A DNA stretch of 64,000 nt from Candidatus Amesbacteria bacterium (GTDB lineage Bacteria > Patescibacteriota > Microgenomatia > CAZETR01 > Amesbacteraceae), in NCBI GenBank assembly GCA_027371535.1, contig DAHXMV010000001.1, positions 253,259 to 317,258 on the forward strand, given 5' to 3'. The notes beneath the pieces were generated by a model. It saw only the letters and a program-made list of their open reading frames with translations, did no database searches and was not told the DNA's origin. Positions 43,001-51,518 of this stretch are shown here, piece by piece. Within the stretch, counting starts at the first letter, position 1; each line of letters begins with the position of its first letter. The translations under genes and the position numbers were made by a program.

Positions 43001-46000
43001 GTGGAGGTGGTGACGGTGGCCCCTGATGAAAATGAAGTCCCGAATACTGCCGTCACCATCCAGTTTTTCAAAAGAACATGGAATACCGTCCGGCAACTGG
43101 ATCCCGAATCGGGGCAATTTACCTATGTCAGCCAGCCGCACGACACCCAGGTAGCCAATGCCAATATCATCACCGACAACTTCGGCCATGCAACCACCTC
43201 TTTTACCCCGGGTGAGGGCGGCACATACCGGGTGCTGGCCAGTGTAACGGATGCCCTGGGGAACACGACAAAAACCAGCAGTTATGTCTGGGTGTCGGGC
43301 AGCGGATACATGACCCAGAGGGAGAATAACGACCGGATTCTGGTAGTACCGGATAAACGGGAATATTTTGTCGGGGATAATGCCTCCGTATTTGTGGATA
43401 CACCGTTTGCCACCGGTTCCGCCAAGACCCTCTTAACAGTCGAAAGATCCAAGGTGATCAGTTATAAAATCGTTGACACCAGCGATGTTTCCAATAATTT
43501 TCAAATGCCGATAAACCCCAACTACTCGCCCAATATCTATATCGGGGCGGTACTGGTCAAGGGCGGCAACCTGGTAAGCGCACCGCCGGAAATGAAAGTC
43601 GGATATGCCGAAGTAAAAGTGACAGACAAAAAACAGCAGCTGACGGTGGATATCCAGACTGATAAACCAAAATATAAGCCGGGGGAGACGATGCATGCTG
43701 TCATCACTGCCAAAGATTTGCTGGGGCATCCGGTAAATGCGGAATTGGCTGTCGGCCTGGTAGATAAATCGGTCTGGGACCTGTCGGAAATCCAGCTGCC
43801 GGATATTTATCAGTACTTTTATGTACCCAGGAATCTGGAAGTGGATACATCGCATTTGTTATCCATTTCCATGGACAGGATCAATACCAACACCAACCTG
43901 GGGGCCAAAGGCGGCAGCGGCGGATGTTTTACCGCGGAAACTCCGATTCTCTTGCCCGGCGGATTAACCAAACCCATCGGGGAGATCAAACCCGGAGACC
44001 GGGTGTTAACCAAAAGCAGCCCCGAATCGGCTGATCTGATCCCCGGAAAAGTGACGGCCGTATTAAAGCACAGTGTGGACAGATACCTGATCATAAACGG
44101 CAGTATTCATGTCACACCAGTACATTTATTATTTGTTAACGGGAATTGGAAAGCGGCTGGGGAAATTCAGACGGGTGACTGGCTGTTAAATACCAAAAAC
44201 GAACCGGTCAGAGTAAATTCTGTAGAGCAAGTATTCGGAAAAGACTTGATAGTTTATAACCTGGAAGTTGATCAGTACCACACTTTTTTTGCAGACGGGA
44301 TTTTTGTGCACAACCAGAAAGGCGGCGGTACGGATACCGCCCGGAATAATTTTCCCGAAACCGCTTATTGGAATCCGTCGATATTGACCGGCGATGACGG
44401 AAAAGCAGATATCACTGTCAAGCTGCCCGACAATCTGACCACGTGGAGATTGTCGGCGATTGCGGATTCCCGGGAGTCGGCATTCGGGTCGGCAACAGAT
44501 GAATTTGTAGTCAACCGAGAGGTGATGATCAGACCGGTGATACCCAGATTTTTGTTATACGGCGATCAGGCCAGTCTGGGAGCAATTATTGTAAATACCA
44601 GCGGTAAATCAGCCGTCTTCTCCACCACTCTGTCAGGCAAAGGTCTGACAGTAAATGCCAATTCCGTCCAGACGGCCACGATAGCCGACGGCGACCAGGC
44701 GAAATTTTTGTGGCCGACAACCACTGCCGGGAGCACCGATTCAGCCACCATTAATATCTCGGTAACGGACCAGAGCGGAACCCTGCATGACAGTTTAGTG
44801 CAAACCCTGCCGGTGAAAAGCTTTTCGACCGGAGAAACCGTGGCCACAGCCGGACAGGCGGCGGACACGGCGGTAGAAAACGTCAAATTACCGTCCGTGG
44901 TGGAATCCCAAAACGGGCGGGTGGATATTACTTTGTCCCCTTCACTGGGGACGGGCAGTATAGAAGCCGCCAATTATATGTATGATTACTCCTATTTCTG
45001 TACCGAGCAGACAACCAGTAAATTACTTACGGCAGTCAGCGCCCTTAAGGTATTAAGACAGGCAAAAACGGAAACTCTGGGATCCGTATCCCAGATGGAA
45101 ATGAACTGGATGGCAAATGATGCCATCCAAAGGCTGAATAATACCCAGCGGCCCGACGGCGGATGGGGCTGGTGGACGGAAGAAAGCTCCAGTGATCCGA
45201 TGATGTCTGCATATGCTTATTTAGGTCTTTGGGAAGCCAAAAACGCAGGCTTCACAGTCGCGGATAAAACCCTGAATCCGGCCAGACAATTTCTGCTGAC
45301 CAGTCTTTCGGGAAATTATCCGACCATAGGCCTGGACGGGAAAACTTTCCTGTTATATGCCTTAAAAGACAGCGGAGCTAATCTGTCGGCGTATGCGACA
45401 AATCTGTATGACCGGAGATTTGAAATGGGGGTAGCTTCGAGAGCATATCTGGCCATGGTCCTGAGGGCCAGTAAATTATCCGACGCAGCCAACAAGCAAT
45501 ATCAGGAGGTGCTGAGCCTGGCGAAAAAAACTTCTACCACCAGCCACTGGGAAGAATCCGGCAGAAATTATTATTACTGGTATTACGGAGCTAATCCGAC
45601 CACGGCAGCAGTCCTGGAGATGATGACGGATTTTGCCCCGAATAATCCCATGACCGGTGAAGCGGTGAGATATCTGATGGCCAACAGGGGGGATTATAAC
45701 TGGGGTTCCACCCAACAGACAGCCCTGATTATGAGAGCCATTACGAAGCAGATGCTGGCCGGCCAGAATGCCAACCTGAAAGAAAATTACAAACTGGAAA
45801 TCAACAACCGGGAGGTGCTTTCCGGACAATTAACCGCCGCTGATTTGCTTAGACTGGTGAAATTCAGCGTGCCGATTTCCAGCCTGGCTATCGGGCAGAA
45901 TAACACATTTAAAATTTCCAAAAGCGGCAGCGGAAATCTTTATTACAACTTTAACATGCATTACTTCCTGCCGTTTTCACAAATCGCGGCGCTTGATCAG

Positions 46001-46444
46001 GGATTGGTCATCATCCGGGAATTCACCGATGACCAGGGTAACAGCCTGCCCTTGGAAACCATCAGGGAAGGAACGCAAGCCTCGGTGAAGCTGACTGTCG
46101 TCGCTCCGGCAACCAGACAATTTGTCATCATCGAGGATATGCTCCCGGCCGGGCTGGAGGCGGTCAATGAAAGCCTGAAAAATGTGGTCAACCTGAATAA
46201 ATCAAATCCCATTTTAGACGAACCGGACAATTGGTGGTATTTTTACCACAGAGAATACCGGGACGACCGGACGACGATGTTTGCCAGATACCTGCCGGCC
46301 GGAATTTACACAGTCACCTACCAGGTGCGGGCGACCACTCCCGGCAAGTACCATTACCCGCCGGCCCAGGCTCATGAGATGTACTTTCCCGATGTGTCAG
46401 GACATTCCGACGGCGGATGGCTGACCGTGATTCCCAACAAGTAA
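40085..46444 (+). CDS. Alpha-2-macroglobulin family protein (2119 aa), N-terminally membrane-anchored, with an inserted Hint domain
   Basis: N-terminal TM/signal anchor (IPVMVAIIVGVVILIGPYF). Repeated MG-like beta domains. A post-bait motif RNNFPETAYWNP...TTWRLSAIA matches the FPETW(L)W...TTWEI region that follows the bait in A2M/C3 proteins. Thioester motif FCTEQT. Located directly downstream of pbpC. Confidence 0.8.
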   Translation: MISRCGHMFLDKLKGLAIKGVGKIISWGWGFVHLPLKEKWARIKIPVMVAIIVGVVILIGPYFAQPKISVSFPGNNSRENPLDSDVEIIFDRGMNKASVEKSFSITPKVDGALTWESNRKLVFTPKIPLQRGVNYKVKFNGLAVSSFLSPMPGGVSVTFTTVGNPIVSVFSPQSEAVEDLAPVMVIFDRPMIPLTTATNSAEKKSPFEISPPLTGTGKWLGTTAYQFTPLKPFKKATTYTVSVVPNLKSADGGIISQSFSWQFSSLRPHVLSVVPREGEFYASPTASVSAVFNQNIDGASAATHFKLVDTNGNQIPGRVTVNGKRLGFYPAAALVREKIYKAVIMAGLAGKEGPNGTESDYAWSFTMAAKPAVLRSAPADGDKNVENQGISVFFKTPMDEDSFKDNISINPVPENKPNFNFSDWNSQNELNIYSYLFRSTKYTVTIGPKVTDQYGVPLGSAYTFSFTTADYKPSVSFVPFGTYFASFNQQIVPRIVAQVNNAGEVNYNLYKLDRNSFLDLYKRYYTDFCSWNNEGCRNWQNYDVSKLEKVRSWKETIDINPSVPVNVVTKVTAADGTNLLSGFYFLTANVNTGQHDNMVMIVSDATMAVKKSSQQIFTWTVDQTSNEVIGGMNMELTDAYGNKLASGQTNGDGVWQQDVNIGNTYNLLIFGQKDSDVVVASSNWGSGINRYDFGLPSYYSYNASEDNQNSNNRYKLFLTTDRPIYRPGQKIYFKGLIRKDNDAAYANIPPGTPVSVNIADGRGRSIYSKSLPTNSSGTFADTCDISADGELGYYDLTATYGDNSVSQQVQVEEFRRPDMLLTIIPDKGYYLAGQTPGATINTAYYFGAPMANAQVNWSLNTQDYFFNWSRDWRFEFGDVEDIWYRWWGYHSSSGAQVTSGTGVTDDQGNLNLKIPFNMGKYTTSQQLELVAQVTDKSNQAVGSSQTFVVHQGGIYAGLHPESYGSSAGSETKVEVVTVAPDENEVPNTAVTIQFFKRTWNTVRQLDPESGQFTYVSQPHDTQVANANIITDNFGHATTSFTPGEGGTYRVLASVTDALGNTTKTSSYVWVSGSGYMTQRENNDRILVVPDKREYFVGDNASVFVDTPFATGSAKTLLTVERSKVISYKIVDTSDVSNNFQMPINPNYSPNIYIGAVLVKGGNLVSAPPEMKVGYAEVKVTDKKQQLTVDIQTDKPKYKPGETMHAVITAKDLLGHPVNAELAVGLVDKSVWDLSEIQLPDIYQYFYVPRNLEVDTSHLLSISMDRINTNTNLGAKGGSGGCFTAETPILLPGGLTKPIGEIKPGDRVLTKSSPESADLIPGKVTAVLKHSVDRYLIINGSIHVTPVHLLFVNGNWKAAGEIQTGDWLLNTKNEPVRVNSVEQVFGKDLIVYNLEVDQYHTFFADGIFVHNQKGGGTDTARNNFPETAYWNPSILTGDDGKADITVKLPDNLTTWRLSAIADSRESAFGSATDEFVVNREVMIRPVIPRFLLYGDQASLGAIIVNTSGKSAVFSTTLSGKGLTVNANSVQTATIADGDQAKFLWPTTTAGSTDSATINISVTDQSGTLHDSLVQTLPVKSFSTGETVATAGQAADTAVENVKLPSVVESQNGRVDITLSPSLGTGSIEAANYMYDYSYFCTEQTTSKLLTAVSALKVLRQAKTETLGSVSQMEMNWMANDAIQRLNNTQRPDGGWGWWTEESSSDPMMSAYAYLGLWEAKNAGFTVADKTLNPARQFLLTSLSGNYPTIGLDGKTFLLYALKDSGANLSAYATNLYDRRFEMGVASRAYLAMVLRASKLSDAANKQYQEVLSLAKKTSTTSHWEESGRNYYYWYYGANPTTAAVLEMMTDFAPNNPMTGEAVRYLMANRGDYNWGSTQQTALIMRAITKQMLAGQNANLKENYKLEINNREVLSGQLTAADLLRLVKFSVPISSLAIGQNNTFKISKSGSGNLYYNFNMHYFLPFSQIAALDQGLVIIREFTDDQGNSLPLETIREGTQASVKLTVVAPATRQFVIIEDMLPAGLEAVNESLKNVVNLNKSNPILDEPDNWWYFYHREYRDDRTTMFARYLPAGIYTVTYQVRATTPGKYHYPPAQAHEMYFPDVSGHSDGGWLTVIPNK
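43925..44314 (+). other. Hint / mini-intein-like (bacterial intein-like) domain of 130 aa embedded in the A2M ORF (residues 1281-1410)
   Basis: Block A CFTAETPILLPGG (Cys1), block B IHVTPVH (TxxH), block F/G VYNLEVDQYHTFFADGIFVHN ending in His-Asn. Too short to contain a homing-endonuclease domain. The +1 residue is Gln (not Cys/Ser/Thr). It is flanked by Gly-rich GGSGG and QKGGG. Confidence 0.7.
44999..45010 (+). other. Putative thioester motif CTEQ of the A2M protein
   Basis: CxEQ in the context YSYFCTEQTT (codon 1639). The canonical A2M thioester motif is CGEQ/CLEQ. Confidence 0.55.
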
Positions 46445-47340
46445 ACTCCTATAATCAGGGCATGCGGATCACCGGTGATGAAGATTTACAAAAACAACTG
46501 ATCCGGACCCAGGAAAACGAGGCCACGGAGGCAATTATTTATTCCAGATTGGCAGGCCGGGTCAGAGACAAAAAGAGTAAACAGATTCTCCTGGCAATTG
46601 CCCGGGACGAGAAAAGACACGCCGGATACTGGAAAAAACGAACCCAAATAGCAGTTTCTGAAAATACTTTGAAGGTGGTCTTTTTTACAGTGACGGCTAA
46701 ATTATTGGGACTGACATTTGCCATAAAACTGATGGAAAAAGGCGAGGAACTGGCCCAGATAAACTACCGCAAAATATCTGAACTGATACCGGATGCCCTC
46801 AATATTGAGAAAGAAGAAAAGTCCCATGAGATGAAACTGGTAAACATGCTGGATGATGAAACCCTCAAATACGCCGTGTCAATAATTCTGGGTATTAACG
46901 ATGCTTTGGTGGAATTAACCGGAGCGTTGGCCGGTTTTACCCTGGCCCTCTCCAATACCAAACTGATCGGCATGACCGGCCTCATATCCGGAGTTGCGGC
47001 TTCACTGTCCATGGGGACCTCGGAGTATTTGTCCACCCAGGCAGAGAAACAGGACCGGGATCCGAAAAAAGCCGCCATTTATACGGGGCTGACTTATCTG
47101 TTGACGGTGATATTATTAATAATCCCCTATTTTACTTTGAATAATGTCTATACGGCACTGATAATTACACTGGTATTGGCAATAGGGGTAATCCTGTTTT
47201 TCACTTTTTACGTCTCAGTTGCCAACGACGTATCATTTTCCAAACGGTTCTGGCAGATGACCGGAATATCCCTGGGAGTATCGGCGCTGACGTTTATGCT
47301 GGGATATCTGGTAAAAAAAATCCTGGGGGTGAATATTTAA
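46417..47340 (+). CDS. Er-VIT1 protein: N-terminal ferritin-like (erythrin) domain fused to a VIT1/CCC1-family iron transporter
   Basis: N-terminal ENEATEAIIYSRLA...DEKRHAGYW (rubrerythrin-like ExxH). C-terminal ILGINDALVELTGALAGF VIT1 signature with TM helices. The start is probably an internal Met (MRITGDE...). Confidence 0.6.
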   Translation: MADRDSQQVNSYNQGMRITGDEDLQKQLIRTQENEATEAIIYSRLAGRVRDKKSKQILLAIARDEKRHAGYWKKRTQIAVSENTLKVVFFTVTAKLLGLTFAIKLMEKGEELAQINYRKISELIPDALNIEKEEKSHEMKLVNMLDDETLKYAVSIILGINDALVELTGALAGFTLALSNTKLIGMTGLISGVAASLSMGTSEYLSTQAEKQDRDPKKAAIYTGLTYLLTVILLIIPYFTLNNVYTALIITLVLAIGVILFFTFYVSVANDVSFSKRFWQMTGISLGVSALTFMLGYLVKKILGVNI

Positions 47341-47348
47341 TCTGACAT

Positions 47349-47915
47349 TTACGAGTCGGACAATCTGAACCAGCCGGTGAGGATGACGATTACCGATAAG
47401 AAAAACAACACCGCAAATTCCACAAATGACAATGTGTCAGCCCGGGCAGTTCCGTTGACTGCAGAGCCCAGTGATGCCAGGTTAATTAATAATCTGGTCA
47501 GGATGGCTGTTAAAACTCCGGAAAGCAGCAGCCCGGTAGCCACCAGGCGGGATTTTTTGATAAAAGCTATCCCCAGAATCGCAAAACCCGCGCCGATGGT
47601 AATCCCCAGAAACACGGCTGTCCGGGTATAACCGGCGTCGGCATTCCGGTATTTTTCCATTTTCTGGTTGAAATCAGCCTGTTTCTGTTCATCCTGCAAA
47701 GCATTGGCTTTTTGCCGGTCCAGCAGGTTTTGGCATTCGGGAGACACCTGGGCTTTCGGGGTGGAATTGCAGCTCTCCGGAATGGGGGTGGTGAAAGTCG
47801 GGTTGGGGTAAACCGGTATCTCGGGCTGGGGATAAAAGGCGGCTACGCCAAATCCGGTAGTAATAGTCAAAATTATGCCCAGAAAAAAGATATACAAACG
47901 GTTAATCCACTTCAT
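47349..47915 (-). CDS. Hypothetical membrane protein
   Basis: N-terminal TM segment, a Pro-rich segment, a Gln/Lys-rich coiled segment, and three C-terminal TM helices. Confidence 0.35.
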   Translation of the reverse strand: MKWINRLYIFFLGIILTITTGFGVAAFYPQPEIPVYPNPTFTTPIPESCNSTPKAQVSPECQNLLDRQKANALQDEQKQADFNQKMEKYRNADAGYTRTAVFLGITIGAGFAILGIAFIKKSRLVATGLLLSGVLTAILTRLLINLASLGSAVNGTARADTLSFVEFAVLFFLSVIVILTGWFRLSDS

Positions 47916-47964
47916 CTCCCCTAATTAGACTAGCTCTAAACATGTTTGTCAATATTCCTGCCGT

Positions 47965-49773
47965 TTAAATTACGACTACCTCGTCAAACAGAGGATTACC
48001 GGCTAAGAGCTCCTTCAGACTTATTTCTGAATAGGGGTTGAGTCCCCTGACGATTATCCGGACCTGGAAACCGTTTTCCGTTTCCGTGAAGACGCTTTTG
48101 ATGTTCCCGCCCCCGGCATTGATCTGGGCTGTCAGTTTTTCCAAAATCCCGGGCTGGTCTTTTTTGCCGGTTACCCTGACCGTAGATAACCCCAGATCCT
48201 GTTTACTGACGCCGCATTCGTTTAAAACTGCAGTTACCTTTTCTGGATTCAGATAACCACCGCCTATCAGGTGATAAAGCTGATCGGGGCTTTTTACCCG
48301 GTTCTCTTTTCTGTCGAGACCCCGGATGACTTTATTTAAGATACCTGTGCCGGCATCTTCTAAAAATAACAGTCCCCTGGGCATCAACAGCTCTCTCATT
48401 GTTATCCGGCCTTTTTCTTTTAATTCCTCTTCCCGGGCTGCCAGCTGCATTTCCCGGAGTTTCTTTTCACTGATACCCGAACAATAGTCGAACCAGCTGC
48501 TGTTAATCCGGCTTTTGGAGTCTTCTAAGGTAACTATTTCCGCAGTTGCCCCCACCGGGATTACCGTGGTTAAGGGCATTTCCGTTCCGTCTATGATTAA
48601 TTTCGGGTTCTTTCCCACCTGCTGCGGATCCTGGTGACACATCAAATCCACCCCGGTGCTGCCGGGGGGCATGAATAGGGCTCTTCCGGATGGTAAAAAT
48701 ACCGGTTTAAGGAGTGACTTCCTGGGGCTGCCGTCCCGGCTTAACATGGAGGCAAACCCCAAGTCGTTAAAGGCTTTCATATCCTCCGTCATAATGGCAA
48801 TTTCAACCGGCCCGGCCGGGGTCAAAATCGCCGTTTGCAGCGCCTGAAATCCGTTGTCCGCCGGCTGGCTGATGCGGTCTTTCAGCTTGTCCGGGATAAT
48901 CTTTCCGTCCCATTCGTTGTGCATTTTATCCAGGGCCAGATAACATTCCTGCCTGGTTTTAACGATGATCCCAATGCTGACCAGATCGTCGATGCCGGTC
49001 AGATCATCCGGACTGCATTCATTGGCAAACACTTTCTTTTCTCTTTTCAGGTAAGTGGAATATTTTCCCTTAAAACGGACACTGACGTCACATTCGGGTC
49101 CTCTCTCGGCAAACAGGGCCGTAATCTTTGATTTATAGTGCAGGTAGCATTCCGGTTCGGTCCGCGGATCTTTTTTCATCTCTTCACTGATTTGGATATA
49201 TTCCTCGGGATACAGATATTTAAAAGCCAGGTCGCTTAACTCCTCTTTGGCGATCCAGATTCCCAGGCTTTCTGCCAGTTCCCGGTAAACCATGTCCGTT
49301 TCCAGGGCGATTTTAATTTGTTTTTCCGGCGGCATGACGTCCAATGTCCGCATATTGTGCAACCGGTCGGCTAATTTCTGGACTCCGCTTTCCACATTAA
49401 TATATGACCGGCTGGACACCTCTTTCATGGTTTTCAGGTCCGAGTCGAATTTGGTTACATCCCGGACCCGCATGGCTACCCGCTCTCCCCATCTTTGTTT
49501 GATTTCATCAAAGGAGGTCGGACTGTCCTCTATAGTGTCGTGTAATAATGCCTCTGCCTGGATTTCGTTTTGGTTTAATCCCCATTCCCGGCTGAGGATA
49601 TTGGCGACTGCTATCGGGTGCTCAATATATGGTTCCCCGGAACGTCTTTTTTGTCCCCGGTGGGCAATGATGGCCCACCCCAGCGCCCGGCTGACAAATT
49701 CGTTTTTAGGCTGAAACGCGAGCAGTCTCTCCATTTCCTCGCCGGATAACCCTTCACATACCTTTTCCACCAT
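47965..49773 (-). CDS. rel: RelA/SpoT-family (p)ppGpp synthetase/hydrolase (compact, 602 aa)
   Basis: HD hydrolase motif (HDTIEDS), synthetase motif region (GFQALQTAILTPAGPVEIAIMTEDM, compare GYQSLHT...VEIQIRT), a TGS-like segment and a C-terminal ACT-like domain. Confidence 0.8.
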   Translation of the reverse strand: MVEKVCEGLSGEEMERLLAFQPKNEFVSRALGWAIIAHRGQKRRSGEPYIEHPIAVANILSREWGLNQNEIQAEALLHDTIEDSPTSFDEIKQRWGERVAMRVRDVTKFDSDLKTMKEVSSRSYINVESGVQKLADRLHNMRTLDVMPPEKQIKIALETDMVYRELAESLGIWIAKEELSDLAFKYLYPEEYIQISEEMKKDPRTEPECYLHYKSKITALFAERGPECDVSVRFKGKYSTYLKREKKVFANECSPDDLTGIDDLVSIGIIVKTRQECYLALDKMHNEWDGKIIPDKLKDRISQPADNGFQALQTAILTPAGPVEIAIMTEDMKAFNDLGFASMLSRDGSPRKSLLKPVFLPSGRALFMPPGSTGVDLMCHQDPQQVGKNPKLIIDGTEMPLTTVIPVGATAEIVTLEDSKSRINSSWFDYCSGISEKKLREMQLAAREEELKEKGRITMRELLMPRGLLFLEDAGTGILNKVIRGLDRKENRVKSPDQLYHLIGGGYLNPEKVTAVLNECGVSKQDLGLSTVRVTGKKDQPGILEKLTAQINAGGGNIKSVFTETENGFQVRIIVRGLNPYSEISLKELLAGNPLFDEVVVI

Positions 49774-49852
49774 CTTGACAATTCATTATACAGCTAAATA
49801 TTGCCTAATCAACTACATAAATAGCCCAGACGTATTATAATATATTTGTATT

Positions 49853-50095
49853 ATGCCGGAAACTCTGTTACATACAGACCTCTTGGAAAAACAATTCGGA
49901 CCGACCCATATTTTAGTAAATTGTCATGACAACCGGCACCGGATAGTGGACATCGTTAACAGTGAAGGGGTTTGCCTGACACATGCTGTCACCTGGCTTA
50001 CCCCAATTGATTACCGATCCGGGTCCAAGTTCAGCCGGGCTGCATTGGAAATCCGGGCCGGCGGTTCGTTGGGTAAGACTTTCAGAAATCATTGA
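49853..50095 (+). CDS. Hypothetical small protein (80 aa)
   Basis: ORF with plausible composition and no domain. First of two tandem small plus-strand ORFs in a 600-bp gap that has no minus-strand ORF. Confidence 0.2.
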   Translation: MPETLLHTDLLEKQFGPTHILVNCHDNRHRIVDIVNSEGVCLTHAVTWLTPIDYRSGSKFSRAALEIRAGGSLGKTFRNH

Positions 50096-50149
50096 TTTAC
50101 AATCAAAAAAGAGGGAATCGCCCGGGGTGAAGTTGTTATCCCTCCCTGG

Positions 50150-50380
50150 TTGAGAAAATTATTCAGAGTTGAAGAAGACAAGTCGCGTTATCGAATTTAT
50201 AAATTCATCGCCGTGGATTTTGATCACCATCCTTACCCGTACGGTGTTGTTTGCGAAATTGACACTCCCCTGTTTGATTCCAAAGAAGAACCCCAAAAAA
50301 GTACAGATACTAATTTATCCAAGCAGTATCGTAAATTAATGATGGAATATTTAAGCGTTGGAGAAATTAATAACAGTTAA
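50150..50380 (+). CDS. Hypothetical small protein (76 aa)
   Basis: ORF only. No domain recognised. Confidence 0.2.
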   Translation: MRKLFRVEEDKSRYRIYKFIAVDFDHHPYPYGVVCEIDTPLFDSKEEPQKSTDTNLSKQYRKLMMEYLSVGEINNS

Positions 50381-50384
50381 CTGG

Positions 50385-51518
50385 TTAGGATTGGAAACAA
50401 AATTTATATTGAGTATATTTATTTATTCTTTTATTATCCAGATTGTATCCTAATCCTGGTTTGTCAGGTACTTTTATAAAACCTTCCTGGTCAACCTCAT
50501 ATGACGGCTCTATTAAATCTTCTTTGTAAAAGATCGAGTATGGAGACATATCCGCTGGATATACAAATCCGGGTAACGAGGCCAGGGCAATATTGAACGC
50601 TCTCCCTATACCGCTCTCCAGTAGTCCTCCACACCACACACCTACATTATTTTGTTTACAGTAGTCATGTATCTTCTTTCCTTCAGTAATTCCTCCAACC
50701 CGTCCGGTTTTTATATTAATAATTTTGCATGCTCCATTTTCTACTGCCCTTCTGGCATCCTCTGCTGATAGAATGCTTTCATCGAGACAAATCGGGGTTT
50801 TGATTTGCTTCTGTAATGTTGCGTGGTCAATTAAATCCGTGTCGCCCAGAGGTTGCTCGATCATCAACAGGTGAAATTTGTCTAATATTTTTAATACCTC
50901 CAGATCCCTAAGGGTATAAGACGAATTTCCATCGACTATCAATTTTATATTTCCAAATTTATTTCGGATAAACTCTATTAATTTTATATCCCATCCGGGT
51001 TTTATTTTTATTTTAATTCGCTGATAACCCTGTTCTAATCTTAAGTTAATCTCATTAGCTGTTTCTTCGAACGATTTCTTTATACCTACGCTTTCACCAA
51101 TACCAACCTTCTCCCAGACACCTCCGAGGCTTCTGCTTATAGACGTTTGATTTATAGTCGAAAACATCATCCAGAATGCACAATCTACAGCAGCTTTGGC
51201 AAAATTAAATCCCTTGATACAGGAAAGTGTATTGTAAACCTCCTCAGGATTCATAAAACTCTTATTTAAAAGTAAAGGCAAGATATATTCTTTTAATCCT
51301 AATAAAGTAGTCTGCGTTGTTTCAGGAGAATAGTTTGGAAAAGGCAACGCTGCACCTTCCCCCCATCCGCATACTCCATTACCACCAACCAACTTCAAAA
51401 GAATAGTCTCTTTATAACTAATGGACCCGAAACCCGTCGTAAATGTTGAAATGAGAGGCAATCGTAAGAGTCTAATTTCAGAACTTTTAATATTCAGACT
51501 TTTACTAGAGAGTGACAT
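50385..51518 (-). CDS. Enolase-superfamily enzyme (MR/MLE subgroup: dipeptide epimerase / o-succinylbenzoate synthase / N-acyl-amino-acid racemase-like)
   Basis: KIKI, a KxK-like catalytic dyad region (IKIKIKPGWD), metal-ligand Asp/Glu pattern (LIVDGNSSY, MIEQP, LDES) and barrel Lys/Asp positions. Confidence 0.65.
   Translation of the reverse strand: MSLSSKSLNIKSSEIRLLRLPLISTFTTGFGSISYKETILLKLVGGNGVCGWGEGAALPFPNYSPETTQTTLLGLKEYILPLLLNKSFMNPEEVYNTLSCIKGFNFAKAAVDCAFWMMFSTINQTSISRSLGGVWEKVGIGESVGIKKSFEETANEINLRLEQGYQRIKIKIKPGWDIKLIEFIRNKFGNIKLIVDGNSSYTLRDLEVLKILDKFHLLMIEQPLGDTDLIDHATLQKQIKTPICLDESILSAEDARRAVENGACKIINIKTGRVGGITEGKKIHDYCKQNNVGVWCGGLLESGIGRAFNIALASLPGFVYPADMSPYSIFYKEDLIEPSYEVDQEGFIKVPDKPGLGYNLDNKRINKYTQYKFCFQS

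Noticed and set aside
43925-44314. Possibility that the A2M insert is a full-size homing-endonuclease intein
   Set aside because: At only 130 aa there is no room for a LAGLIDADG or HNH endonuclease domain. It is a mini-intein / Hint-only module.
41544-46230. Numerous minus-strand ORFs of 60-140 aa inside the A2M gene
   Set aside because: Antisense to the 2119-aa CDS. Typical shadow ORFs of a GC-moderate long gene.
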